DNA of 64,000 bases. Source: Candidatus Limnocylindrales bacterium (lineage in GTDB: Bacteria; Chloroflexota; Limnocylindria; Limnocylindrales; CSP1-4). Both the position numbers and the translations under genes were made by a program. Positions 1 through 9,816 of the stretch are shown piece by piece (the stretch's first letter is position 1; every line of letters starts with the position of its first letter). Location of the stretch: the NCBI GenBank assembly GCA_038245515.1, contig JBBRSJ010000017.1, positions 3,446-67,445 of the forward strand, given 5' to 3'. A model generated the notes under the pieces. That model saw only the letters and a list, made by a program, of their open reading frames with translations, was not told where the DNA came from and did no database searches.

Positions 1-105
1 TACGTGACCGAGAACATGGTCGGCCATCGCCTCGGCGAGTTCGCCCACACCCGCACCTATCGCGGGCATGGCAAGCACACCGAACGATCGACCTCGTTGA
101 AGTAG
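1..105 (+). CDS. rpsS: 30S ribosomal protein uS19, C-terminal fragment (5' end outside window)
   Basis: Frame 1 reads [34 protein letters not shown] then TAG at 103-105. This is a typical uS19 C-terminus, directly upstream of rplV. Confidence 0.9.
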   Translation, partial: YVTENMVGHRLGEFAHTRTYRGHGKHTERSTSLK

Positions 106-117
106 GAGCCGAGGACC

Positions 118-456
118 GTGCGCGTTTCCGCCACTGCCAAGTACCTCCGCGGCTCCACCCGGAAGGCCAACCTCGTCGTCGCGGCGATCAAGGGCCGACC
201 GGTCGAGGAGGCCGCGGCCCTGCTCAAGTTCATGCCGCAGCACGCGGCGCATGACGTGCTGGCCGTGCTCAAGAGCGCGACCGCCAACGCCGAGAACAAC
301 CACAACCTGTCCGCCGAAGACTTGATCGTCGCCGATGCCCAGGCCAACGAGGGCCCGACGATCAAGCGCTGGCGGCCGCGGGCCCAGGGTCGGGCGTTCC
401 CGATCCACAAGCCCATGACTCACATCACGATCGTCGTCGCGGACCGGGAGGCCTAG
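118..456 (+). CDS. rplV: 50S ribosomal protein uL22
   Basis: 112-aa ORF with a GTG start and GGAG upstream. uL22-like sequence in the S19-L22-S3 order. Confidence 0.95.
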   Translation: MRVSATAKYLRGSTRKANLVVAAIKGRPVEEAAALLKFMPQHAAHDVLAVLKSATANAENNHNLSAEDLIVADAQANEGPTIKRWRPRAQGRAFPIHKPMTHITIVVADREA

Positions 457-460
457 AGAT

Positions 461-1144
461 ATGGGCAGGAAAGTCCATCCGTACGGCTTCCGTCTCGGTG
501 TCTCGCGCACCTGGACCGCGAAGTGGTACGCGGACAAGGAATACACCGACCTCCTCAAGGAGGACATCGGCATCCGCAAGCTCGTCGAGAAGCGGCTCGC
601 CAACGCCAGCGTCTCGCAGGTCGAGATCGAGCGGGGCATCAACCACGTCACGGTCACGATCCACACGGCCAAGCCCGGGATCGTCATCGGCAAAGGTGGC
701 GCCAACGTCGAGATCCTCCGCCAGCAGATCGGCGGGCTCACCAAGCGCCGGGTCAAGCTCGAAATCAAGGAGATCCGCCAGCCGGAGCTCGACGCCCACC
801 TGGTCGCGATGAACATCGCCGGCCAGCTGAGTCGCCGGATCGCCTTCAAGAAGGCGATGAAGCAGGCGATCCAGCGCTCGATGAAGGCCGGCGCCAAGGG
901 CGTCCGGATCGCCGTCGCCGGCCGGCTCGGCGGCTCGGAGATGGGCCGCCGCGAGTGGGACCGCGAAGGCCGGATCCCGCTCGGCACCCTCCGCGCCGAC
1001 ATCAGCTACGGCCAGATCCACGCCCACACGACGTACGGTCGGATCGGGGTCAAGGTCTGGATCTACCGTGGCGACCTGGCCCCCGAGCGGACCGCCCCGA
1101 GCAACGCGGTCCCGGCCGTCGCGGCCGTCGGGCAGGGGAGCTGA
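461..1144 (+). CDS. rpsC: 30S ribosomal protein uS3
   Basis: 227-aa ORF starting [13 protein letters not shown] with a KH-domain GKGG motif. GGGAGG lies upstream. Confidence 0.97.
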   Translation: MGRKVHPYGFRLGVSRTWTAKWYADKEYTDLLKEDIGIRKLVEKRLANASVSQVEIERGINHVTVTIHTAKPGIVIGKGGANVEILRQQIGGLTKRRVKLEIKEIRQPELDAHLVAMNIAGQLSRRIAFKKAMKQAIQRSMKAGAKGVRIAVAGRLGGSEMGRREWDREGRIPLGTLRADISYGQIHAHTTYGRIGVKVWIYRGDLAPERTAPSNAVPAVAAVGQGS

Positions 1145-1147
1145 CCC

Positions 1148-1573
1148 ATGTTGATGCCGAAGCGCGTCAAGCACCGCAAGGTGATGCGCGGCCGCATGTC
1201 GGGCCTGGCCAAGGGCGGCCACACGGTCTCCTTCGGGGACTACGGCCTCGCGACCCAGGAGCCGGCGTGGATCACGAGCCGCCAGATCGAGGCCGCCCGC
1301 CGGGCGATGACCCGCTCCGTCAAGCGCGGCGGCAAGATCTGGATCCGGATCTTCCCGGACAAGCCCGCGACGAAGAAGCCCGCCGAGACCCGGATGGGCT
1401 CGGGCAAAGGCGCACCGGACCACTGGGTCGCGGTCGTCAAGCCCGGCCGGATCCTGTTCGAGATGGCGGGCGTCGACCATGAGTCGGCCGTCGAGGCGAT
1501 GCGCCTCGCCAGCCACAAGCTCCCAGTCAAGACCCGGGTCGTCACCCGCGACAACGTGACGGAGGCGGGCTGA
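1148..1573 (+). CDS. rplP: 50S ribosomal protein uL16
   Basis: 141-aa ORF starting [11 protein letters not shown], with RMGSGKG motif. Confidence 0.97.
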   Translation: MLMPKRVKHRKVMRGRMSGLAKGGHTVSFGDYGLATQEPAWITSRQIEAARRAMTRSVKRGGKIWIRIFPDKPATKKPAETRMGSGKGAPDHWVAVVKPGRILFEMAGVDHESAVEAMRLASHKLPVKTRVVTRDNVTEAG

Positions 1574-1779
1574 TGGACATCGTGAAGGTCCGCGAGCTCT
1601 CCGACACCGAGCTCGAGAACGCCCTCCGCGAGGCGAAGCAGGACCTCTGGCAGGCCCGCTTCGCGCTCTCGACCCGCCAATTGAAGGACTACAGCACGAT
1701 CCCGCAGACGCGGCGAACGATCGCGCGGATCCTGACCGTCCAGCGCGAGCGCCTTGGCGCCCACGCGAAGTCGGCGTAG
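1573..1779 (+). CDS. rpmC: 50S ribosomal protein uL29
   Basis: 68-aa ORF. Its ATG overlaps the rplP TGA. Helical uL29-like sequence in the expected position. Confidence 0.93.
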   Translation: MDIVKVRELSDTELENALREAKQDLWQARFALSTRQLKDYSTIPQTRRTIARILTVQRERLGAHAKSA

Positions 1780-1791
1780 GGAGATCACGCG

Positions 1792-2205
1792 ATGACAGGA
1801 GCAACCCCCCAGGTGCAGAACAAGCGGAAGACGAAGGTCGGCCGCGTCGTCAGCGACAAGATGGACAAGACGATCGTCGTGTCCGTCGAGCGCCTGGCGC
1901 GCCACCCTCTCTACAAGCGCGTCATTCGGCTGACGACCAAGTTCAAGGCCCATGACGAGCTCAACGACGCCCATACGGGCGACACCGTCCTGATCGAGGA
2001 ATCGCGGCCGCTCTCGGCCACGAAACGCTGGCGGCTGGTCTCGGTGGTCACACGGGCCGGCGAGCACGGCAGCCCGGCCGATATCGCGATCGACGAGGTC
2101 GAGACCGACGAGGCGATCCATGCGTCCGCCCACCCCGGCCGCCACACGGCGGACGAGACCGCTGACGATGCGCCCGCGGCGAGTGCCGAGGAGACCCAGG
2201 CGTGA
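1792..2205 (+). CDS. rpsQ: 30S ribosomal protein uS17 with ~50-aa acidic C-terminal tail
   Basis: The first ~88 aa are typical uS17 ([18 protein letters not shown]...HPLYKR...KFKAHDE...SATKRWRLV). The rest is an Asp/Glu/Ala-rich tail. Confidence 0.93.
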   Translation: MTGATPQVQNKRKTKVGRVVSDKMDKTIVVSVERLARHPLYKRVIRLTTKFKAHDELNDAHTGDTVLIEESRPLSATKRWRLVSVVTRAGEHGSPADIAIDEVETDEAIHASAHPGRHTADETADDAPAASAEETQA

Positions 2206-2570
2206 TCCAGCCGCAGTCCCGCCTCCGCGTCGCCGACAACACCGGCGCCCGCTCGATCCAGTGCATCCGGGTCATGGGCCGCTCGCTCAAGACCACGGCC
2301 GGCGTCGGCGACGTGATCATCGCCAGCGTCAAGCAGGCCATCCCGAACGCCGCCGTCAAGAAGGGCGACGTCGTGCGGGCGGTCGTCGTCCGGACCGCCA
2401 AGGAGTACGGCCGGCCGGACGGCAGCTACATCCGGTTCGACGAGAACGCGGCCGTCCTGATCAACAACCAGGGGAACCCGCGCGGCACCCGGATCTTCGG
2501 GCCGGTCGCCCGCGAGCTGCGCGACCGCAACTACATGAAGATCGTGTCCCTCGCCCCGGAGGTGCTGTGA
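2202..2570 (+). CDS. rplN: 50S ribosomal protein uL14
   Basis: 122-aa ORF starting [16 protein letters not shown]. Its GTG overlaps the rpsQ stop. Confidence 0.97.
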   Translation: MIQPQSRLRVADNTGARSIQCIRVMGRSLKTTAGVGDVIIASVKQAIPNAAVKKGDVVRAVVVRTAKEYGRPDGSYIRFDENAAVLINNQGNPRGTRIFGPVARELRDRNYMKIVSLAPEVL

Positions 2571-3022
2571 TGGCCGCACCCCAGCCCCAGCGCAAGGTGA
2601 CGAAGGTCGCCGAGATCCGCCGCGGTGACACGGTCGTCGTCCTCACTGGCAAGGACGCCGGCAAGCGCGGCACGGTCGAGCGGGTCGTGAGCGATCCGCA
2701 GGGACTCAAGAAGACCCGGACCAAGTACGGCAGCCGGCTCGACCGGATGTCGCCGCTGGTCACGACCGCGGTCGTCGTCGAGGGCGTCAACATCGCCAAG
2801 CGCCACACCAAGCCGCGCCAGAGCGCGAACACGAACGACCGCACGCCGCGGATCACCCAGGGCGGGATCATCGACCTGGCCCAGCCCCTGTCGATGAGCA
2901 AGGTCATGGTCGTCTGCAGCCACTGCGACAAGCCGACCCGGATCGCCCATCGGACCCTCGACAACGGCCGCCGGGTCCGGGTCTGCCGCCACTGCGGCGA
3001 GCAGCTGGAGTCGAAGTCGTGA
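2570..3022 (+). CDS. rplX: 50S ribosomal protein uL24 (KOW) with internal insertion and C-terminal CxxC...CxxC zinc ribbon
   Basis: The ATG at 2570 overlaps the rplN TGA. KOW motif [20 protein letters not shown], and CSHC...CRHC at the end. The upstream part of track ORF 2120..3022 is a shadow read-through. Confidence 0.92.
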   Translation: MAAPQPQRKVTKVAEIRRGDTVVVLTGKDAGKRGTVERVVSDPQGLKKTRTKYGSRLDRMSPLVTTAVVVEGVNIAKRHTKPRQSANTNDRTPRITQGGIIDLAQPLSMSKVMVVCSHCDKPTRIAHRTLDNGRRVRVCRHCGEQLESKS

Positions 3023-3561
3023 CGACCCGCCTCCAGGAGAAATTCTCGACCGACGTGGTGCCGGCGCTCCAGAAGCAGTTCGAGTACGGCAACCCCAATC
3101 AGGTTCCGAAGGTCGCCAAGATCGTCGTGAACATCGGGCTGGGCGAGGCCCTGTCCAATGCCAAGGCGCTCGACGCGGCTGTCGGCGACCTGACGACGAT
3201 CGTCGGCCAGAAGCCGATCGTGACCAAGGCGAAGCGCTCCATCGCACAGTTCCGCGTCCGCGAGGGCAACACGATCGGCGCGAAGGTGACCCTCCGGGGC
3301 GACCGGATGTGGGACTTCCTCGATCGCCTCACCACCCTGGCCCTGCCCCGCATCCGCGACTTCCGCGGCGTGCCCGGCAAGTCCTTCGACGGCCGGGGCA
3401 ACTTCACCCTCGGGCTACGCGAGCAGCTCGCGTTCCCCGAGATCGAATATGACAAAGTCGATCGTCTCCGCGGGCTGGAGATCAGCATCGTGACGACGGC
3501 GAAGACCGACGAGGAGGGCAAGAAGCTTCTTGAACTCCTCGGCATGCCCTTCGCCTCGTAG
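3019..3561 (+). CDS. rplE: 50S ribosomal protein uL5
   Basis: 180-aa ORF. Its GTG overlaps the rplX stop. Typical uL5 sequence (NIGLGEA...FRGV...DGRGNFTLG). Confidence 0.96.
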   Translation: MTTRLQEKFSTDVVPALQKQFEYGNPNQVPKVAKIVVNIGLGEALSNAKALDAAVGDLTTIVGQKPIVTKAKRSIAQFRVREGNTIGAKVTLRGDRMWDFLDRLTTLALPRIRDFRGVPGKSFDGRGNFTLGLREQLAFPEIEYDKVDRLRGLEISIVTTAKTDEEGKKLLELLGMPFAS

Positions 3562-3577
3562 CGCGCGGGAGGAGACC

Positions 3578-3763
3578 ATGGCCAAGAAGTCGTTGATCGC
3601 CAAGGCGAAGCGCGAGCCGAAGTTCAAGGTTCGCGGATACAGCCGCTGCTTCGTGTGCGGGCGCTCGCGCGCCTACATGCGGCGCTTCGCCCTGTGCCGG
3701 ATCTGCTTCCGGGAGCGCGCGCTCCTGGGCGAGCTGCCCGGCGTGACCAAGTCGAGCTGGTAG
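3578..3763 (+). CDS. rpsZ: 30S ribosomal protein uS14, zinc-binding type Z (61 aa)
   Basis: ATG at 3578 after GGGAGGAG. Sequence MAKKSLIAK...[23 protein letters not shown] carries the CxxC-x12-CxxC motif. Confidence 0.94.
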   Translation: MAKKSLIAKAKREPKFKVRGYSRCFVCGRSRAYMRRFALCRICFRERALLGELPGVTKSSW

Positions 3764-3771
3764 GAACCCAG

Positions 3772-4170
3772 ATGAACATCTCCGATCCGATCGCCGACAT
3801 GTTGACCCGCGTGCGGAACGCCTCCCGGGCGCGCCACACCGAGGTCGTCGTCCCGGCGTCGCGGACGAAGCGCGAGATCGCCCGGATCCTCAAGGACGAG
3901 GGCTTCATCGCCGACGTCCGCGAGGAGCAGGATGGCCCGACGCTCGTCCTTCACCTGACCCTCAAGTACGTCGACGGCAAGGTGCCGGTCGTGTCCGGGC
4001 TGAAGCGGATCAGCAAGCCCGGCCTCCGGGTGTACGCCCGCAAGACCGACATCCCGCGCGTCCTCGGCGGCCTGGGCATCGTCATCGTCAGCACGAGCCA
4101 GGGGATCATGACCGGCGCGCAGGCCCGCAAGGCCGAGCTCGGCGGCGAAGTCCTCGCGTTCGTCTGGTAG
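3772..4170 (+). CDS. rpsH: 30S ribosomal protein uS8
   Basis: ATG at 3772; MNISDPIADMLTRVRNA is the canonical uS8 N-terminus. The upstream part of ORF 3655..4170 overlaps rpsZ in another frame. Confidence 0.95.
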   Translation: MNISDPIADMLTRVRNASRARHTEVVVPASRTKREIARILKDEGFIADVREEQDGPTLVLHLTLKYVDGKVPVVSGLKRISKPGLRVYARKTDIPRVLGGLGIVIVSTSQGIMTGAQARKAELGGEVLAFVW

Positions 4171-4180
4171 GCGGCACACC

Positions 4181-4732
4181 ATGTCACGTATCGGCCGCCT
4201 GCCCATCGCCGTTCCCTCGACCGTCGACGTGACGATCGATGGGCGACGGCTCACGGTCAAGGGCCCCAAGGGGACCCTCAGCCGCGAGCTGCATCCCGAC
4301 ATGACCGTCAGCCGCGAGGAGGGCAACCTCGTCGTCACCCGGCCGACGGAGCAGAAGACCCACAAGCAGCTCCACGGGCTGACCCGGACGCTGGTCAACA
4401 ACATGGTCATCGGCGTGACCGACGGCTATCGGAAGGGCCTCGAGATCACCGGCGTCGGCTACCGCGCCGCGAAGAACGGCGAGAAGCTGACCCTCAACCT
4501 CGGCTACAGCCACCAGATCGAGATCGACCCGCCGTCGGGCATCTCCTTCGAGATCGAGAACCCGACCCGCCTCGCGGTCATCGGCATCGACAAGGAGCTC
4601 GTCGGCCAGATCGCCGCCCAGGTCCGGGCCACTCGCAAGCCCGAGCCTTACAAGGGCAAGGGCGTGCGCTACGCCGGCGAGAAGATCCGCCGCAAGGCCG
4701 GCAAGGCCGGCAAGATCGGCGGCAAGAAGTAA
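4181..4732 (+). CDS. rplF: 50S ribosomal protein uL6
   Basis: 183-aa ORF starting MSRIGRLPI, containing VKGPKG. Confidence 0.96.
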   Translation: MSRIGRLPIAVPSTVDVTIDGRRLTVKGPKGTLSRELHPDMTVSREEGNLVVTRPTEQKTHKQLHGLTRTLVNNMVIGVTDGYRKGLEITGVGYRAAKNGEKLTLNLGYSHQIEIDPPSGISFEIENPTRLAVIGIDKELVGQIAAQVRATRKPEPYKGKGVRYAGEKIRRKAGKAGKIGGKK

Positions 4733-4753
4733 CCCAGTGAAGGAACGAGCACG

Positions 4754-5116
4754 ATGACGCAGGTCGCCAGCCGCGGCGCCGCACGACGCAAGCGCCACGA
4801 CCGGATCCGCCTCCACCTGGAGGGGACCGAGTCGCGGCCGCGTCTCGCGGTCTTCCGCAGCAACATCCATATCTACGCGCAGGTCATCGACGACGCCTCC
4901 GGGCGCACGCTGGCCGCCGCCTCGACCGTCGAGAAGGAGCTCCGCGGCTCCAAGCAGACGAAGACCGAGGAGGCCGCCGTGGTCGGTCGACTCGTGGCCG
5001 AGCGGGCGAAGACCGCCGGCGTCGAGCGCGTCGTGTTCGATCGAGCCGGGTTCCGGTATCACGGGCGGATCAAGTCGCTCGCCGAAGCCGCCCGCGAAGC
5101 CGGCCTCGAGTTCTGA
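4754..5116 (+). CDS. rplR: 50S ribosomal protein uL18
   Basis: 120-aa ORF with [20 protein letters not shown]...[26 protein letters not shown]. Confidence 0.96.
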   Translation: MTQVASRGAARRKRHDRIRLHLEGTESRPRLAVFRSNIHIYAQVIDDASGRTLAAASTVEKELRGSKQTKTEEAAVVGRLVAERAKTAGVERVVFDRAGFRYHGRIKSLAEAAREAGLEF

Positions 5117-5131
5117 TCAAGAGGAGCTGAC

Positions 5132-5671
5132 GTGGCACGGATCGATCCCAACAAGCTCGCGCTCGAGGAGCGCGTCGTCCAGATCAACCGAGTGGCGAAG
5201 GTCGTCAAGGGTGGTCGCCGCTTCAGCTTCAGTGCGATCGTTGTCGTCGGCGACGGCGCCGGCACGGTCGGCGCCGGGCTCGGCAAGGCCGGCGAGGTGC
5301 CGGAGGCCATCCGCAAGGGCGTCGAGGACGCGAAGAAGAACCTGATCAAGATCCCGATGGTCGGGACGACGATCCCCCACGAGGTCCGCCAGGTGTTCTC
5401 CGCGTCGCGAGTGATGCTCAAGCCGGCCTCGCAGGGGACGGGCGTCATCGCCGGCGGCGCCGTCCGCGCCGTCGTCGAGGCGGCCGGGATCCGCGACATC
5501 CTCGCAAAGACCCTCGGCTCGACCAACCCGGTCAACGTGACCCGCTGCACGATCGAGGCGCTTCGCAGCCTGCATTCGGCCGAGGAGCTCGGCGCCCGCC
5601 GCGGCGTGAAGCTCGTCAGCCGGATCCCGGGCCAGCCGGCCGCGGTCCTGGAGGCCGGCGATGCCCGCTAA
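5132..5671 (+). CDS. rpsE: 30S ribosomal protein uS5
   Basis: GTG start after GAGGAG. Contains [16 protein letters not shown]. Confidence 0.96.
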   Translation: MARIDPNKLALEERVVQINRVAKVVKGGRRFSFSAIVVVGDGAGTVGAGLGKAGEVPEAIRKGVEDAKKNLIKIPMVGTTIPHEVRQVFSASRVMLKPASQGTGVIAGGAVRAVVEAAGIRDILAKTLGSTNPVNVTRCTIEALRSLHSAEELGARRGVKLVSRIPGQPAAVLEAGDAR

Positions 5672-5870
5672 GCTGCGCGTCACCCAGACCAGGAGCACGA
5701 TCAGCCACATCGCCCGCAACCGGGCGACGGTCCGCGCCCTCGGGCTCAAGCGGATCGGGCACACGGTCGAGATCCCCGACAATCCCGCGACCCGCGGCAT
5801 GGTCCGCGCCGTCCGCTTCCTCGTCTCGGTCGAGGAGATCGGCGGGTCCGACGCCCAGGAGGCCAAATGA
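5661..5870 (+). CDS. rpmD: 50S ribosomal protein uL30
   Basis: 69-aa ORF; [10 protein letters not shown]...RATVRALGL is typical uL30. It overlaps the rpsE end by 11 nt. Confidence 0.92.
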   Translation: MPAKLRVTQTRSTISHIARNRATVRALGLKRIGHTVEIPDNPATRGMVRAVRFLVSVEEIGGSDAQEAK

Positions 5871-6829
5871 AGTTGCATGACCTCCGTCCGCCGGACGGAT
5901 CGAACACGGCCCGGACCCGGGTCGGGCGCGGCATCGCGGCCGGCAAGGGCAAGACCGCCGGCCGCGGCACCAAGGGCCAGAAGGCCCGCGCCGGTGGCTC
6001 GATCCCGCCTTGGTTCGAGGGCGGCCAGACCCCGCTCCACATGCGGATCCCGAAGCTGCGTGGCTTCAAGAACCGCGGCAAGGTCGAGTACGAGGTTGTC
6101 AACGTCGGTGACATCGCGGCGCGGATCGAGCAGGGCTCGTTCGCCGAAGCCGGCACGTCCCCGAAGAAGGGCGAGCAGCTGACGATCAACGCGGACATCC
6201 TTCGCGCGGTCGGGCTCGTCCGGAACGTCAAGAAGCCGCTCAAGATCCTCGGCAACGGTGAGCTCGCGACGGCGCTCTTCGTGGTCGCCGACGCCTTCAC
6301 GAAGTCGGCGACGGCCAAGATCGAGGCCGCCGGCGGCGCCGTCAGCATCCTCGAGGTCCCGGCCGAATCCCTGCCCGCCATCGGCGTCGGCGAGGAGGGC
6401 GGTCGACCCGTCCGCATCCGTCGCACCGCAGCCGGCCGTGCCGCGGCGGCCGGTGACGTCCGGGCCCGGACGGCTCGCGACGAGGTTGCCCTCGAGCGCG
6501 CGGCCGAGGCCGATGCGGCGACAGCGGCGAAGACCGCGCGCGACGCGAAGGCGGAGGCCAAGGCCGACAAGGCCGGTAAGGCCGACGCCGACCAGGGCGA
6601 GAAGCCCGAGAAGCCCGCCAGGGCAGCCAGGGCCGACAAGGCCGTCGCGCCCAGCGCGAGCGGGGCAGCCGCCCTCGACACGCCCGACGTGGCCGAGCCC
6701 GACGCCGACGCCGCCAGCGCGGCCGAGGAGCCCGCCGATGCGCCCGATGCCGTCACCGAGCCCGACGATGCGGCGCCGCTGACCGGCGACGAGGCCGAGG
6801 CCGCCACCGACGGCGACGAAGGCGCGTAG
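5867..6829 (+). CDS. rplO: 50S ribosomal protein uL15 with ~165-aa low-complexity C-terminal extension
   Basis: N-terminal ~155 aa are typical uL15 (MKLHDLRP...GRGIAAGKGKTAGRGTKGQKARAGG...). There is no in-frame stop until 6827-6829. The tail is rich in Ala/Asp/Glu/Lys/Pro. Confidence 0.9.
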   Translation: MKLHDLRPPDGSNTARTRVGRGIAAGKGKTAGRGTKGQKARAGGSIPPWFEGGQTPLHMRIPKLRGFKNRGKVEYEVVNVGDIAARIEQGSFAEAGTSPKKGEQLTINADILRAVGLVRNVKKPLKILGNGELATALFVVADAFTKSATAKIEAAGGAVSILEVPAESLPAIGVGEEGGRPVRIRRTAAGRAAAAGDVRARTARDEVALERAAEADAATAAKTARDAKAEAKADKAGKADADQGEKPEKPARAARADKAVAPSASGAAALDTPDVAEPDADAASAAEEPADAPDAVTEPDDAAPLTGDEAEAATDGDEGA

Positions 6830-6835
6830 CGACCG

Positions 6836-8116
6836 GTGTTCGACTCGCTGCTGAACGCGTTCCGCGCGCCGGATATCCGGCGCCGGCTTCTCTACGTCAT
6901 GGGCATCCTGATCATCTTCCGGTTCCTGGCCCACGTCCCGGTTCCGGGCGTCAACCAGGCGCAGCTCCACCAGTACCTCCAGAACAACGCCCTCTTCGGC
7001 GTTCTCGACCTCCTGTCGGGTGGCGGCCTGTCGAGCTTCTCGGTCGTGGCCCTCGGCGTGAACCCGTATATCAACGCCTCGATCATCATGCAGCTGATGA
7101 GCGGGGTCATCCCGTCGCTCCAGGCGCTCCAGCGCGAGGGCGAATACGGTCGCAACAAGATCAATCAGTACACCCGCTACCTGGCGGTGCCGATGGCGCT
7201 CCTCCAGTCGTACGGGTTCCTGGCGCTCCTGAACTCGCAGGGCATCCTGTCGTCCGGGTTCGACCTGGCCAACGGGGCGACCCTGACCCAGATCGCGACC
7301 CTGACTGCGGGCTCGATGACCCTGATGTGGCTCGGCGAGCTGATCACCGAAAAGGGCATCGGCAACGGCATCAGCTTCATCATCTTCGCCGGCATCGTGA
7401 GCCGCGCGCCGGGCGCCATCGGCGGCTTCCTCACGACACCGAACCTGCCGCTCGTGATCGGGTTCGCGCTCATCGCGATCATCTCGGTAGCGGTGATCAT
7501 CTACATCCAGGAAGGCCAGCGCCGGATCCCGATCCAGTATGCGAGCCGCGTGCGCGGCCGACGGATGTACCAGGGCGGTCAGACGTTCCTGCCGCTCCGG
7601 GTCAACCAGGCGGGCGTCATCCCGATCATCTTCGCGATCAGCATCCTGCTGTTCCCGCAGCAGATCGCGCAGTACTTCACGAGCTCCGAGGTCGGCTGGG
7701 TGGCGTCGATCGCCAACGGCATCGTCGGCTTCTTCAACCCGCGGACGATCCCGTACGTCGTCCTGTACTTCGCCCTGACCGTCGGGTTCACGTATTTCTA
7801 CACCGCGTTCACGTTCAAGCCGGACGACACCGCGGAGCAGCTCCGCAAGAACGGCGGCTTCATCCCGGGCATCCGCCCGGGCCGGCCGACCGCCGACTAC
7901 CTCGCCCGGGTCGTGACGAGGATCACGATCGCGGGCGCCCTCTTCCTCGGGATCGTGGCCACCCTGCCGACGCTCCTCGGGCTGATCTTCCCGTCGCTCT
8001 CGGGGATTGCCTTGGGCGGCACCGGCCTGCTGATCGTCGTCAGCGTCATCGTCGAGACGATGAAGCAGATCGAGGCGCAGCTGCTGATGAGGAACTACGA
8101 AGGATTCATTCGATGA
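6836..8116 (+). CDS. secY: Preprotein translocase subunit SecY
   Basis: 426-aa multi-TM ORF with typical SecY sequence, in the expected position after rplO. Confidence 0.96.
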   Translation: MFDSLLNAFRAPDIRRRLLYVMGILIIFRFLAHVPVPGVNQAQLHQYLQNNALFGVLDLLSGGGLSSFSVVALGVNPYINASIIMQLMSGVIPSLQALQREGEYGRNKINQYTRYLAVPMALLQSYGFLALLNSQGILSSGFDLANGATLTQIATLTAGSMTLMWLGELITEKGIGNGISFIIFAGIVSRAPGAIGGFLTTPNLPLVIGFALIAIISVAVIIYIQEGQRRIPIQYASRVRGRRMYQGGQTFLPLRVNQAGVIPIIFAISILLFPQQIAQYFTSSEVGWVASIANGIVGFFNPRTIPYVVLYFALTVGFTYFYTAFTFKPDDTAEQLRKNGGFIPGIRPGRPTADYLARVVTRITIAGALFLGIVATLPTLLGLIFPSLSGIALGGTGLLIVVSVIVETMKQIEAQLLMRNYEGFIR

Positions 8117-8183
8117 GCGTGCCGCTTCGGGCGGCGGGCACCCTCGGCGCGGAATCGGCGCTCGCTCACGGAGGCCTCAGGGA

Positions 8184-8203
8184 GAGCTCGACTCGCCGAG
8201 CTC
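8184..8203 (+). promoter_or_regulatory. 7-bp stem / 6-nt loop hairpin (GAGCTCG-ACTCGC-CGAGCTC) in the 127-nt secY-adk spacer
   Basis: The inverted repeat is read directly from the sequence. Function unknown. Confidence 0.3.
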
Positions 8204-8243
8204 CCACGGGGCGTCACGACCAGTCGGCTCGAGGTTGCCGACG

Positions 8244-8945
8244 ATGACGGTCGTCGTCCTCCTCGGCTCACCGGGTGCCGGCAAGGGCACCCAGGCACCG
8301 GTCCTCGCGCGCCACCTCAGCGTGCCGATCCTCGCCTCGGGGGACCTGCTCCGTGCGGCGGTCGCGAACGGCACGGCGCTCGGCCGCGAGGCTGATCGCT
8401 TCATGAGCCGCGGCCAGCTCGTCCCTGACGAGACGATCGTCCGCGTCTTCCTCGACCGCCTCGAGCAGCCAGACGCCGCGCCCGGCGCGATCCTCGACGG
8501 CTTTCCCCGGACGCGCGTCCAAGCCGAGGCGCTCGACGCCGCGCTCGGCGAGGCCGACCGGCGAGTCGACCGCACGATCTTCATCGACGTCACGACCGAG
8601 GACCTCGTCAAGCGGATGGCCAACCGCCGGATCTGCACGGCCAACGGCCACGTCTACAACCTCGCTTCCAACCCGCCGCTCGCGCCCGGCGTCTGCGACC
8701 TCGACGGTTCGCCGATCGTTCAGCGTCCGGATGACCACGAGGAGACGGTCCGGGCCCGGATGAGGGAGCAGATCCCGCCGCTCCTCGAGGTCGTCGACCA
8801 TTACCGGAACGCGGGCGTCCTCCAGTCGGTCGACGGCCGAGAGCCGATCTCCGACGTCAGCCAACGCGTGCTTGCGGCGATCGACGCGCCGATCCCGGGG
8901 CGTCCGGAGACCCCGAGCACCCTCGCCTCGGGGCCGGCCGGCTGA
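8244..8945 (+). CDS. adk: Adenylate kinase
   Basis: MTVVVLLGSPGAGKGTQ P-loop, with a LID region. The ATG at 8244 is preferred over the in-frame TTG at 8235. Short Pro/Ala-rich C-terminal tail. Confidence 0.93.
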   Translation: MTVVVLLGSPGAGKGTQAPVLARHLSVPILASGDLLRAAVANGTALGREADRFMSRGQLVPDETIVRVFLDRLEQPDAAPGAILDGFPRTRVQAEALDAALGEADRRVDRTIFIDVTTEDLVKRMANRRICTANGHVYNLASNPPLAPGVCDLDGSPIVQRPDDHEETVRARMREQIPPLLEVVDHYRNAGVLQSVDGREPISDVSQRVLAAIDAPIPGRPETPSTLASGPAG

Positions 8946-9706
8946 TGGTGACCCGCAAGTCGCGCCGCGAGATCGAGAAGATGCGGGTCGCCGGCCGGAT
9001 CGTGGCCGAGGTGCTCGCCCTCGTCGAGTCGGAGCTCCGGCCGGGCGTCTCGACCGCTCACCTCGATCGCCTCGCCGAGCGCCACATCCGGTCGTCGGGC
9101 GCGGTCCCGTCGTTCAAGGGCTACGGCCACAAGAGCAACCCGTTCCCGGCCAGCCTGTGCATCTCGCTCGACGACGAGGTGGTCCACGGAATCCCGGGCG
9201 AGCGGCTGATCCGCGAGGGCCAGATCGTGTCGGTCGACGCCGGCGCGATCTTCGATGGCTGGCACGGAGATGGGGCTCGCTCGTTCATTGTGGGGGATGC
9301 GCCGCCGGCGGTCGCCGGGCTCGTCGACACCACCCGCCTCGCGATGATGGCCGGGATCGCCGCGGCCGTGGTCGGCGCCAACCTCGGGGACATCTCGGCC
9401 GCGATCGAGGACGCCGCGGCACCCGGTGGCTACGGCATCGTCCGCCAGTTCGTCGGGCACGGCATCGGAACCGAGATGCACCAGGAGCCGCAGCTCCCGA
9501 ACTACCGAACGGGCGTCCGCGGGATGAAGCTCGTGCCCGGGATCTGCCTCGCCATCGAGCCGATGCTGACCCTCGGCAGCCACGAGGTCGCGGTCAAGCC
9601 CGACGGCTGGACCGTCGTCACCCGCGACGGCTCCCTCGCCGCCCATTTCGAGCACACGATCGCGATCACGGAAAACGGGCCCGAAATTCTGACCACAGTC
9701 GCATGA
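8945..9706 (+). CDS. map: Methionine aminopeptidase type I
   Basis: 253-aa ORF. Its ATG overlaps the adk TGA. Metal-site motifs are present (VHGIP, DAGA..DGWHGD, GHGIG, EPM). Confidence 0.95.
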   Translation: MVTRKSRREIEKMRVAGRIVAEVLALVESELRPGVSTAHLDRLAERHIRSSGAVPSFKGYGHKSNPFPASLCISLDDEVVHGIPGERLIREGQIVSVDAGAIFDGWHGDGARSFIVGDAPPAVAGLVDTTRLAMMAGIAAAVVGANLGDISAAIEDAAAPGGYGIVRQFVGHGIGTEMHQEPQLPNYRTGVRGMKLVPGICLAIEPMLTLGSHEVAVKPDGWTVVTRDGSLAAHFEHTIAITENGPEILTTVA

Positions 9707-9762
9707 TCCCGGGCATATTCCGTTTGCCCCGAGCGATCAACTTTGATACGCTACGCGTTCGT

Positions 9763-9786
9763 GTGTCGGCCCGCTCGGGCCGACAC
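9763..9786 (+). promoter_or_regulatory. Perfect 10-bp stem / 4-nt loop hairpin in the map-infA spacer
   Basis: GTGTCGGCCC-GCTC-GGGCCGACAC, 30 nt upstream of the infA GTG. No U-tract follows. Confidence 0.35.
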
Positions 9787-9816
9787 TCATCGTGAGAAAG
9801 GGAAGCACACAAGCCT

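Noticed and set aside
8235-8243. TTG 8235 as the adk start (track ORF MPTMTVVVLLG...).
   Set aside because: ATG 8244 gives the canonical adenylate kinase N-terminus (M-x-VVLLGxPGAGKGT). The choice remains unverified.
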